64,000 nucleotides of DNA from Rhizaria sp. SCN 62-66 (lineage: Eukaryota), in NCBI GenBank assembly GCA_001724265.1, contig MEDY01000076.1, forward strand, positions 62,001 to 126,000, in the 5' to 3' direction. The notes below the pieces were generated by a model that saw only the letters and a list, made by a program, of their open reading frames with translations, did no database searches and had not been told where the DNA came from. Positions within the stretch are counted from its first letter, which is position 1; the number at the start of each line of letters is the position of its first letter. Below are positions 12,653-24,600 of this stretch, in pieces. A program made the translations under genes and the position numbers.

Positions 12653-13143
12653 ATGTTTGTCGCGTCTCGGGATCCGACACTAGCGCCACCGACACCGCCA
12701 ACCGACAGCAACAACGCCAGTACGACTGCTAACAACACTAGCACGCGCCCGACTCAACAGCAACAGCAACCGCAGCAGCAGCAGCAGCAGCAGCAGCTGC
12801 ATCAACTGCAAGTGCAGCCGCCACCGCGCCAGCGACAGCTTTCGCCGTCGCCGTCGCCCACTGCAAGCGCTGCCGCCGCCGCCGCCGCCGTTGCCTCCGC
12901 CGCTGCCGCCGCCGCCGCAGTCGCCTCCTCGATCAGCAGCCTCCACCTCCAGACTCAGCCGCAGCAGCAGCCACAGTCGTTTCTGCACTCGCAACCTCCA
13001 TCCCAGTCGCAGTCGCAGGGACAGACACAGGGGTTGGCCCACCACCCGCGCATCCGGGTCGACTCGCCGGCCGTGCCGCGGGCGGCGTCTCTCGTGACCA
13101 CTCTGCTGAGCAAGGGCGGCGCCAGTCCCAGACACAGCGCGAA

Positions 13144-13174
<31 letters not shown>

Positions 13175-16100
13175 ACCGGCGCTGGCACGGGCACGGGCAC
13201 GTCTGGCGTCGTGTTTCCGGCCGTTGCGAACTCGGCCGGCGGCGTCTCGCCGAGGCCCCGGTCCAGCTCGAGCACCCTCATCGGCGGCAGCAGCGGTCGC
13301 ACCAGCCATAACAACAACAACAGCGGCGGTGTCAGCGGTAACTTCTCGCCGTCTCCACAGCAGCAGCCGCAGTCTCCGTCGCAGACACAAGCTCTTCTGA
13401 TGCAGCAACAGCAGCAACAACAGCAACAACAGCAACAGTATGGCTCAGGCGCAGGCTTTGTTGCGCCGCCCCAGCCTTTGACCATCAACACTGGCTCCGG
13501 CTCTGGCTCTGGTCAACACCAGTCTATGCAACAGCAGCAGCAGCTGCAGCAGCCGGGTGGCAGCGCCGCCTACCGCCAGAGCCCGCGCAGCCAGACCATC
13601 TCCCCTATGGCGTCTCCAGTGGCCGCTGGGGGGAGTAATCCTTTCAGCAGCGCGCGCGCGACGTCGCCCATGTCCTCCGCCGGGAGCACGGCGTCAAGCG
13701 GTGTGAGTAATCCTTTTATCGCGCCACACTTGGTGCAGCAGTACCGCGATCAGCAGCTGCAGCTGCAGATGCAGCACCAGCAGCATCTCGCGCAACAGCA
13801 GCAGCAGCAGCAGCAGCAGAGGCAGAACCTGGCCCTGTCGCTGCGCCCTCCCTCTCTGTCCCCCATCCCCTCGGACGTCTCCGTCAACATCAACGTCAAC
13901 AACAGCAACAGCGGCGCAAGCTCCCCCTATCCCCTGCCCACGCCCAACTCCGCCGCGGCCGCTGCGGCCACGGTCGCCGCGGCCGCAGAGAAGGCGGGCC
14001 ACCAGGGGCCCCAGCCGTCGCCGCTGCCGCCCGCGCCGGACGCGCTGCCCCCGCAGGTCCGTTTACTAAACGCACAGTTTGAAGACATTAACAAAAGGAG
14101 AATGAGTTTAATTTCAGTTCTACTATGGTTTAATGGAATTTATTACCAATTATTTATTTTTTTAACTTTCATCGGTGCTCATCTAGTCTCTTTACATATA
14201 TTTTTTGCGTACGTCACTCTTGTAGGATGCTTACTACTCGTCGGCGACAGTGGCTCCGGGCAGCGACGACACCTGGCCAGTCCTGCGCTACATCCTCAAC
14301 AAGGTCGAGAAGGAGTGCCAACGCCGCCAGAAGCGCCAGCGTCGCTCGCACTCGGCCCCATCGCCCTCTCCAAACGCCTTCGATGGCGAGAACAACACTG
14401 GCGACGGCTCTGCGTCGTCAGTCATGTCGACCGCTGCGGCGGCGGCGGCGCTGGCGGCCAACACGTCGCTGCCGACGTCCTCGGGCGTGCCGCTGCCGAT
14501 CCCGCCCTCGGCGGAACAGGAGGCGCTGTTCGTGGCGGCCGAAGAGGGCCGGTACGCGCAGCAGCAGCAGCAGCAGCGCGAGCGCCTGCACCGACTCATC
14601 TCGGACCCCGCGGGCGGGCTAAGTAGCCACTTGCCGGGGCAGAGCAGAGACGAGGCGCTTGGCGGCGAAGGGGACGATCCGAACATCTACCTCGTGCTGG
14701 ACCTCGACCACACGCTCATCCACACCACGGACCTCTCGCCAGGTACGGCTTTTAGCAGAACATAACACAGAAAAGAACCAAGATATTCACATTGCATTGT
14801 TATCGTGATGATCTCCTGGAAATCTAAACCATAGTTCAATTTATATTGATTGACTAAGATCTTGTCTGATTCTATTTCATATATCTTTTTGTTTTCTGTT
14901 GCTCTAACTCAACCAACCCCAGGCATGAACGACTTCGTGGCCCGCTTCCGCGCGTTGACGATGCTGCACAACCCGTCTCACCCGGCGCACTCGCGCACCC
15001 ACATCAACTTCTACGACCCCGCCGTCTCGGACGAGGTCATTGAGTCTCTGCCGCACGTGCTCGTGTACCCCAAGTCGCGCGCGGGCGGCGCCGACGGCGG
15101 CGACGACGGAGCCAACCTCCAGGGCCGCGAGAAGGGCGCCGGCGGCGGCAGCAGCAACAGCAACAGCAACGTGGCCCCTCTGACGGGCGTGGGCAACAAC
15201 GCGACGCCCACGGCGCTGGCCGTCGCCGCCGTCGCGCAAGAGATGGTCGCCGACGTGCTCGCGCGCCAGCAGCATCTCGAGTGGCAGCAGCAGCAGCAGC
15301 AGCAGCCGCAGATGGGCAGTCTGGGTCTGTCCCCGCGGCCGTCAGCCCTGCAGACGCCGCAGCCGCGCTCGGTGCAGACCACACCCCGTACCCCTGCCCA
15401 CGAGTCCGGCAACGTCATCGGCAACGCCAACGGTAACGGTTTGATGAATCTCAGCGGCGTCGCTGCCGCAGGCTCCAGCTCCAGCGCCAGCTCCAGTGTG
15501 TTTGGGTTGCCGCCGCTGGTGCCGACGCCGACGGCCTCCGGCCACAACACGCCCCGGCCCTCTACTGCTGCCAGCGGCTCTCTGAACGGCGCTCTGAACC
15601 CGTCCGCGCTCACGACGACCGCGAGCGGCGGCGCTGCGGGCGCGCGCTCGTGCCTATTCCCGACGCACCTGGGCGCCAGCACCAGCGTGGCCGCGGCCGC
15701 AAGCAGCGGCGGCGGCAGTGCGGCGAGCGGCACGCAGAGCGGGAGTCAGAGCGCGGCGCACAGCGCTTTCGCGACGCCGATCCACACGAGCATGCGCGCG
15801 CCCCCCGTGTCGTCGCCGTCGCCGCTGCCCACCATCCACGGTGGCCTCACGCTCAACAGCACCTTGCAGATGTCCTCCACCGCCGGGGCCGCAGTCGGCA
15901 ACGGCGGCTTGACATTCTCCGACAACGCCGCCTCGTCCTCGTCGGCAGCTGGTTCGGTCAACTCGAGTATGGTGATGATGAACTTCAACAACGTCAGCGG
16001 CACCACCAGCGGTGTCAGCTCCGTCATCCATAGTGCGCAGCCCTCCCCCCGCTCCGCTGCCGCGCAGGGCCAGAGTCAGTTTCAGCAGGCGCAGGCGTAC

Positions 16101-18884
16101 GCGCAGGCGGCTGCGGCGGCGCAGAACCCGGCGCTGATGCCCGTGCCGCGCAGCACCGTGTTTTCGAACCCGCACATGGTGTCCAACGGGTCCGAGGACG
16201 CGCAGTTCAAGCAGCGGTGGATCCTCTTCCGCCCAGGCGTGTTCCGCTTTCTGCGCCGCGTCATCGCGCTCAGCCGCGCGCTGCAGGCCAAGCACAACCA
16301 CCTCGACGACGCCTCGGACTCGGACTCAGACGCCGGCTCCGACGTCGGCGACGACGACGATGACGACGACGACGATGGTAATAACGTCGCCAACGGTGGT
16401 GACGTCAGCGTCACTGGCTACCTCAGCAACGTCGACATCCGCTCCGGCAGCGCCGGCATGGGCGGCGTCGGTCTCGCGCTCGACCCAGAGGACCCCGCGG
16501 GCCACGGCGGTCTCACGCACCGCATGCTCTCGCCAGTCGTCACTAAGAGCGGCGGCGGCGGCGGCAGTGGCGCTGACGGCAAGGAGAGTTCTCGCAGCGG
16601 CAGCGGCAGCGGCAGCGGCAATTCCGGCAGCAAGAAAGCCAAGTCCGCCCGCCGGCGCGCCACGAGCAGCACCAGCAACAGCAGCACTGCGCGCAGCAAC
16701 AACAAGCAGCTGCGCGGGACGATCAAGCTGGCCGTGTTCACGCTGTCCTCGCAGCACTACGCGGCGGCCATCATCGACATGATCGAGCGCCGCCTGGGCG
16801 TGCCGTCGGGCTCTCTGTTCGAGACGCGCGTGATCGCCCGCGAGAGCAACCACCAGCCCGAGCAGACGGTGTTGTACACGATCCCGCCCGAGGGCGTGAT
16901 GCGCTACCTGGCCGAGCAGTCGGGCGACGGTGAGACGGCCAGCGCGATCTTCTCGCAGCAGCTCGCCTCCCCGCTGGGCTCGCCCGTCAACGTCGCCGGT
17001 CTGGGCTCGACCGTGCTCACGACCCGCACTAACGCCGTGCTCGACATGTGCATCGAGTACGTGCACCAGCGCTGCTCGCATCACGAGATCGCGGGGCGGC
17101 TTAACTTGGTCTACGGCCGCCTCGCGCAGGGCTTCTACGGCGACCCGCGGAACCCTTCTTTGCGGCCCGTGCGGCCCTTCACGTACACTCGCACGCAGCC
17201 GGGCCCCGAGGGCGACCGCGAGATCGCCGCCGCCGTGGCCAAGGACCGCGTCTTTGACGTCGTCGACGCGGAGCTCGTGCGCCTCATCTACGCCTGTGGC
17301 GGCCTGCGCGCCGCACCCGTGCTGCAGGAGGCGCTCTCGGAGACACTGCTGACGACGCACGACTTGTTGTGCCGCAAGCATGCCAAGATTCTCGGCTCGG
17401 TCATCTCTGCGTCGCGCGAACAGGGGCTGCGGTTCGCGCTGACGACGCTGCAGAAGGGGCTCCGCGCCAACGGCTTGCCGCCGCACCGGTGCCTGATCCT
17501 GGACGACAATCGCGACTCGATCTGGAACCCGGTGGAGTCGGTCAACAACCTGATCAAGATGCCGCAGTTCATGCCGTTTCCGCAGGGCATGTTCACGCAG
17601 GCCGACCTGCCGCGGTTGGTGCTCAAGGCCGTCACGCAGCAGGAGAGTCTCGGCGTGTGCCCGCTCGAGTCCGAGTTCGAGCCTATCTTCGCGTGCCTGC
17701 AGTTCATCGCCGAGAGCAGCGAGGTGTTGCGGTCGACAGACTGCCACCAGTGCGCGCGCCGCATCGTCCGCCGCCGCGCCGCCTCTGACTCGGTCAGCAA
17801 CACGATCAGCAACACGGGCGGCGCCAACGCAAGTGCGAGCGCCGCGAGTGCGGTGGCTGGTGGGAGCAGCATCACCCCGCGCATCGGCGGCGGCGGCCTG
17901 AGCACGTGCGAGAGCGACGACGCGTTCGCCGTCACGGCGGCCGCCAAGCACGCGATCGCGACGAGCAAGACCAAGGCGCAGCTGCAGCAGCAGCTCTCCC
18001 CCAGATCGCACCCGTACTACTACTTCGCCGCGCCCAACAGCAGCAGCAGCGCCAGCAACAGCAACAACACGAGCGTGCTCACGGGCGCAGCCAGCACGGC
18101 GCCGCCCTCGGCGAACCTCAGCCAAGCGCTGGGGCTGCCGCCCACGCCCCGGCGCAGCGTCGCTAACAGCCAGGTATGTCATCTTTGCGCACTCACTCCT
18201 CACAACTCTCTTCGCTTCACTATGAATCCCTGAATATTTTGTCGATTTATTCCATGCTCTCATACGGTGATGTTGTTTTTGTTTTCTTGTTTTTGCATCC
18301 GAACTTAGACCGACAACGTCAGCGGCTCAAACAGCGCTCGCGGCAGCGCGCGCAACAGCGCCCGCAGCGGCGGCATTGCGACGGCGATGTCTGCGGGCAG
18401 CATCCTCCACGCGTCGACGACGTCGTCCCACGTGCCCGACCCCGTCGTCTACGGTTTCGCGCCTGACCGCGCGGTCGCGGGCGTGGGCGCGATGCCCAGC
18501 GACGTGGCCGACTTCGCGCACGCCACCGCGCGCTCGCTCATCGCCTACGATCATGACAGCAGCACGGGGGCTTCGGCTCACGGTCACCATGCGCACAGTC
18601 ACCATGCGCACAGTCACCACGGGCACGGTCACGGGCATCACGGTCACGGCCACAGCGGCAATGGCAATAGAGCGGCGGCCGCGGCGACGCACGGCGGCGC
18701 GCGCCTGTTGCGCGACGTGCGGCACATGTTCCACATCTTCGTGCGCAAGTACCCCGACGCACTGCCGACCTTTTTCGACCCGCGCGCGCCGCACAAGGTC
18801 GTGTCGTCCATCGCAGAGGCGCAGCGCGCGGTCAAGATCAAGCCCGCCGCGCCCGGCACGCAGTCCGAGTACAACGGGCAGTGA
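12653..18884 (+). CDS. FCP1/SCP-type (NIF/HAD) RNA polymerase II CTD phosphatase-like protein, ~1915 aa; exons 12653-14056, 14226-14742, 14923-18173, 18309-18884
   Basis: YLVLDLDHTLIHT (DxDxT motif I), ILFRPGVFRFL, AVFTLSSQHYAAAII, LFETRVIARE, QKGL, CLILDD and NLIKMPQFMPF occur in FCP1-domain order. Three GT-AG introns keep the frame. The start ATG is inferred as the first in-frame ATG. Confidence 0.8.
18578..18656 (+). repeat. His/Gly-rich imperfect tandem repeat (HGHHAHSHHAHSHHGHGHGHHGHGH), including a 15-nt unit GTCACCATGCGCACA
   Basis: Read directly in the last exon of the phosphatase gene. Confidence 0.85.
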
Positions 18885-19149
18885 AGCAAGACGGGGAAGA
18901 GAAACCACCGGCTTGCTGGAGAAAAGCACTGCCTATCTGCTGGGATGTCTGCGTGTGAGTCGAACAAAGTGATGTTGCGTTAACAAGAAAAGAATTGCGC
19001 CCAATGGCATTTGGATATTGTGCCATATTAGTTGGCGCGCCTTTCGCTTCATGAAGTAGAACAGCAAGGAGCAAAAATTAGTCAGACTGTAGACGTCGTA
19101 CGGAATGTGATCATGTACTCTACACAGCGATGACGCTCGTTGCAACTGT

Positions 19150-21450
19150 TTGGTTATACTTCACTGTTTTTCTAGTAATGGTAATGTCTATTCCCTAAGT
19201 CTGTGTTTGTCATTACTTCAACTTTCTCTTCAACTTTACGTATGAACCTTTTGTGTAAGGCCATCAGCACAAAGAGCTTTTATAGCTCGTTTGTTGCCGA
19301 TATTTGTATGTGCTTATGAGGTGTACCTGCATCTTGAATGTGACCAGTTTTATTTTTATGTTTTGTTGCGTGTTTTTTTTAATACGTATTCAGCCTTTGC
19401 TTCATTCTCTTTTGTATTTTCGCGTCTTGCGTTGTGTGTTTGATGCCTGTTTTGTTTTTGTCTTCATTGATTTTGACATCACTCCTGTTGTTTTTAATGT
19501 TGTATGCCTCAGCCATCATGTGTCTTTTTTTATATTGCTATGTGTGCATTAAGGCTTACTTGTGTGCCGGCAACGCAGTGTCAAGCAGCTTCGTGTACAT
19601 TCCGACATTTTTAGTGATTCACACTCCTCAAAAAGCTGCATCTGCGTGTTGGGTTTCGTCGTGTCATTCTTCTGTTGTTGCTTCTCCTCCACGTGTTCAA
19701 CTCAATCACATTTGCAACAATGTTCACGTTTCGCCCTTCATCGCGGTGAAAACCACTGTTTGCAATAGTATGTGTTTGTTTGAGTAACATATATGTACAT
19801 GTGAGTATGTGGGTAATTTGTTTTCTGTACTACTAGTCTATTTTGACTCTGTTTTGTTCATGAGTAATAGTACTGACAATAATTGCCCTGTTGCCTCCAC
19901 TGTTTGTTCTTGACCCCCCACTGCACGTCGTTCTCATCATCTTTCCGTCGCTTCACTCGCCTCGTCTATACCGCACACAACTATCGTATGTTGTCTGCGT
20001 ACATTATGTCTGTTCGTCTGGTGTTATTGTTCTCTCGACGAAGAAGGGCATGCGTTTGCCTTAACTGCGTTTTGAGTTATAACACATCTCTGTCTCGCTC
20101 TCCAAAGCGTGGTTCCTGTGCCAAATGGCTGTAGCTGTGGTTGTCAACACTTCGCCGTTCCGCAAAAGTTAGAAAGAGAGACTCTAGAAACAGAGACTCT
20201 ATCTGTCTGCGGCATATGCCAAAAACCACGCGTTGTTGCTCAGTTTTGCACATTATTTACACTTTTTGACACCAACTACTCATACGTAGCCATTTTAGCT
20301 ATTTCATGCGTTCTTGTTCGTTCTGTCTCATATCACAGTTTCTGCCACTGTCACATTATCAGTTACAGCCACTGTTGTTTGGTGCCGTCTATGCCAACTT
20401 GACAGTGACTAATGTATTTCCATCGTTGTGTCGCATTGTGTTGTAAGTACTGCAATATTCTCCGTATATATTTTCTTTTTTTCCTTTCGTTTTGTGTTTC
20501 GTCACTCTATAGTTACACGTCTTTTGTGGCAGTACGTTGATTTAAATTGTCCTCTTTGTTTCAAAAATTCGTTTGTCATTTCGCCTTCTTTTTATTTGTT
20601 TCGTCATTGTCGGTGTGTTGTGTGTTCACTGGTATGTCACCTGTGTGTAACATTATTTCAATAAGACATGCTTGTACAAGCTCTGAATGTTGTATTGCAG
20701 CGTCGTCACTTGTTACACCACATCGACCCTCCAGTCGAAAGTTAAGTTCTCCCCTGCAGCTCTATCCTGACTGTATTTCGTCTTCGTTTGTGTTTTGTCA
20801 CTCATGATTTTATCAATTCGTGCGCGAGTTGTTAGTATGAGTGGCTGATGGCACATGGCTTTTCCATTCGCCCTCCTCTCCATCGTGGTGCCTCATGTTC
20901 ATGGCTTTCATCGTCTTGTTCATTTGTATCCCCTCGTTTTACACATTGTGTCCTACTGTGAATGTCTTTGCTACTTTGGTTTTGTTTATTGCTATTTTAC
21001 ATGCTCCAAAAAAGCACCTCATCCTTCTTCTGAAATGTGACCTCCCCTCCTATTGTCCCCAACCCAACGTTGGTTTTGCCCTGTTATTGCCTGCTTTCTT
21101 CATTGTGCACACTCCCTGCACGCTGTTAAAATCACGCTTTTTTGTTTATGATTTTGTTTTCTCCCGGCGTTCGATCATAATAATTACTATATTGCGCATT
21201 ATTTTTTTCTTTCTACACCAAAGGCCTGCTTATATGTTTGAGCATCATCTTTAACAATAGCAACAACCACACCGTACTAGTCGTGCTAATTGTTTTGTAT
21301 CAGCACGTTTGTATCGAAACACACATCTGCCAACAATTTGTGTGTGGTTTTCTGTCGTTCTCATTCTCAACAATACACTATTATTTTTTCGTTTCTGATC
21401 GTTACTTCGTAAGCTTAACTGTGTCAGGCATTGCGTCAAAAATAATAATA
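19150..21450 (-). mobile_element. Highly degraded non-LTR (LINE-like, APE endonuclease plus RT) retrotransposon relic; boundaries approximate
   Basis: AT-rich with an A-rich minus strand, many stops and frameshifts. Motif remnants in LINE ORF2 order: GVVVAI (~21275), DFN (21133-21125), RIDKI (RID at 20820-20812), SLFLTFA..SVD (~20180-20145), QLRQTHAL (~20067-20044; cf. GLRQGD.LS) and IMYADNI (YADN at 20001-19990; cf. YADD). Confidence 0.55.
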
Positions 21451-21635
21451 GAGTGCTGAGGTGAAGTTAATATTATGTATTGAAAGCAGCGCATTTACGA
21501 GCGCAGAGATTTGAGCTAGTGTAAAATATTAATGAATAAAATGTAATCACTCGATTTTCTGAAATTATTATGTGTAGAGATGTCAGAATGATCTTGTAAA
21601 ACAGTTTGGAAGTGTTTTAAAGCCAGGTATCAGAC

Positions 21636-24600
21636 TTACTGCATGCCATTGTTCTTCCTGAACTGCTTTTCGAGCGCCGCATTCTGCCTCGCTGCAGCCG
21701 CCGCAGCCGCCGCAGCCGCAGCCGCCGCGTTGTTGGCGTCGACCCCTGAGCGGTAGGCATCGTAGTGCGCCTGGAGCAGCGGGTGACGCGTCTGCTGTAC
21801 CCAGCCGCGTTGCGCGTGCTGCCACTCGAGCTCCATCGCCACGGCCAGGTCCGCCAGCTCGCCCACTACGACGCCCGCGCGCACCAGCGACAGCAGGCCG
21901 GCCGCGGCAAAGGGACCGCCGCCGCGGAGGTAGATCTGCTGCACCGTGGTGTCGGCGCCGACTGCGGAGCCCGCGCCGGCCGCCGCGCCGCCGGAGCCCG
22001 CACTGACGGTGCTCGCGGCCGTGGTCGCCGCTGTGAAGGCGCTGCTCGCGGCGCCCGCGTCGGCCGCGGACGGCGCCAGATTCGGCGACAGCAGCAGCGG
22101 CTGCAGCGGCGTCGTCGCAACGTACGCGCCGTGCGACATCAGTGTCACTGTGCGCACGAACCCGCGCCCGTCGCTGTTGCTCGCGCCGCTGGCCTCGATC
22201 TCGGCTGCGTCCGCGGCGGCGTCGGCCTCGGCCGCGGCGGCTGCGGCTGCGGCGAGACTGGCCTGCGTGGTGCGAGAACCGGTGTTGATGTCAAAGTTCT
22301 CAAACGTGCGCGAGAGCTTGCCGTTCAAGGTCGGCAAGGGGCCATTGCCGAAGCCGCTAGAGCTCGAGTTATTGCTGTTTGCGCTGCTTGCAGTCGCGTT
22401 CGGACGACTAAAGTCAAAGCGACCTCCGGAGAAGATCAAGCCGCCGCCTGGCTGCGACATTGACGACGACACAGCCGCAGCGGCAGCAGCTGAGGAGGCA
22501 GGCATCAACAGCATCGGTACGCGTCCCGATTTGTTGCCACGCGGCTGCTGACTGCGGCTGCTACTGTTGCCAGCACCAAACGCAAACGCAGGGGCATCAA
22601 AGGTGTTCATATTTGCGGTGATAGTGTGGGTGTCGATTTCATACGTCGTGAACTCGCGCAGATCGCTGATGTGCCGCGTATCAAGCACGGCAGCCGCGGT
22701 CACAGCGGCGGGCGACATGAGCCTCGCTGCCAGGGCCGCGACCGCACTCACCGCGCCAGCAGGGCCAGCGCTGCCACTCGCACTAGAGCCAGCGCTGCTC
22801 GCGAGAGCGTTGCTGTTCAGCGTCGAGTAGCGGTGGTACGCAGGCAAGAAAGCGCCCGCGACTGCGGACAGCACACTGGCGGCCGAGCCCACACCGGTGC
22901 CTTGTCCGGCCTTGGCGTCAAGCAGCGCGGGCGGCCGCAGCGCGCCGACGGCGCCGGGCCGCAGCTGCGCCACGGCGGCCGCAATGAGCTGCGACGCGCG
23001 CGCAAAGGCGCAGCGGCGCAGCGCGAGGCGCGTGAGCGTAGCGGTGAGCGCGGCGAGGCACGAGAGCGGGACCGCCGCGAGCAGCACCGCGCCGGGCGGG
23101 CAGTGCGTGGCGCTGTGCGCGGTCAAGTGCAGCGGCACGGCGGCCGCGGCGGCGTTGGGGCACGCCGCGGTGACTGCGGTCGAGAGCAGGATGTCTAGCG
23201 CGGCGGTCGAGATCGGCACCGAGTGGCGCTGCACGCGCGCCTGCGCGTCGTTGCGCGCCGCAGCGCCGTGTGTGCGCGCCACGGCAGAGCCGACGTTGCC
23301 GCTGACAAGCTTGCCGCTGGCGTTCCTCGCTCTGGCGGTGCTGTAGGGGCACGGCGCGCTGACATGCTCGGTGACAGTGGGAAGGAGCGACTGAGCGTAG
23401 TTCTCTTCCCACGTGAGCTCCTCGCAGTCGCTGCCATTCTGCGCGACTTTGTTCCGCACACCTGAGACGTTGCTCTTGGACTCTGACTCGGCAGCAGCGG
23501 CGTCAGCGGCAGTGGCGGCGGCCTCTGCCTCGGCGTCGGCGAGCTCTTCCTCCTCGTCTTCCTCCTCGTAGCGCGCCAACAACGCCAGAAGGTCCTCTTC
23601 CTCCTGGTCATCGTCGTCGTCATCGTCGTCATCATCGTCGTAGTCGCTCGCGCTGCTGTTCTCAAAGCTCGCGTTGGCGCCGCGACTCGAAGTCAGCGTC
23701 TTGTCGTTGTCGTGGTTGCTGTCCTCGATGGCTTCGTCGCCGTGGCGCGCCTGCGCGACTTCCGCATCGCACGCGTCGCCCTGGTCGAGCTGCGCGTCGT
23801 CGTCCCGGTCCTCGGGGAACTCAGTGTGCAGACCGCGGCGTGCGCCCTGCGCGGGGGAGCCGGAGACGGGGTTGTGCTTGCACTCTTCCGTGTCCGCGGC
23901 GGCGAGAGCGGGCATCTCGGAGAGGCCGGTCATGCGGCGACGGCGGCGCGTGTTCTGGGGGTCATTCAGCTGCTGTTGCTGCTGCAGCTGCTGCTCGTGA
24001 TTGTTGTCATCATCACCGTCCGCGCCGTCCATGACAAAGGCGTTGCCGCTCGCGTTCACATTCGCGTTCGAGAGAGGCTTGTTATTCATGGACACCGGCG
24101 TCGACGGCGCGGTCGGAGAGCCCTGCTGCTGCTGTTGCTGCATTAGCTGACGACGGCTCTTACTGTTGGTTCCAGACTGGCCCTGGGCGGAGGAGTTGCC
24201 ACGGCGACGGCGGTAGTTACCGTCGCTGTCAGGGTCGGATGACTCCGCGTTCGGGTTCGGGCTGTCCATGTACCCAGTGGGGCTCGAATAAATGCCTTCG
24301 GAGCTTGTGGCGCGGCTGGTGCTGTCGCCCGCGTAGTACACCATGTCGCCCTCGGTATAACCATAGTCGCCGTCAACCTGGTCACCGTCGTCGTCGTAGC
24401 CATCCTCGTCGTCGTTGTAATCGTCGTAGTCGTCGTCATCCATGTTGTCGTCGTCTTCTTCGTCGGTGAGATTGTCGAGCTCGTTGTCGTTGTTGCTCTG
24501 ATCCATATCGCCCATCATCCAGTGATCAGCCTCACCCTCCTCTGCGTCGCCATTCTTCGCAACGGCAGCGGCAGCGGCGGCGGCCGTGGCCATCACACGC

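Noticed and set aside
14057-14225. Apparent transmembrane segments in ORF 12605-14626, and likewise at the end of ORF 4137-6245
   Set aside because: They are translations of T-rich introns bounded by good GT/AG sites whose removal restores the conserved protein.
19304-21459. Cys/Phe/Val-rich plus-strand ORFs resembling small membrane proteins
   Set aside because: By-product of the T-rich strand of the decayed element; composition is unlike real genes in this window.
21634-21639. GTAAGT overlapping the giant ORF stop codon, a possible donor to a further exon
   Set aside because: Does not fit the local GT(A/C)YG donor pattern, and no GC-rich coding-like exon follows. Not fully excluded without cDNA.
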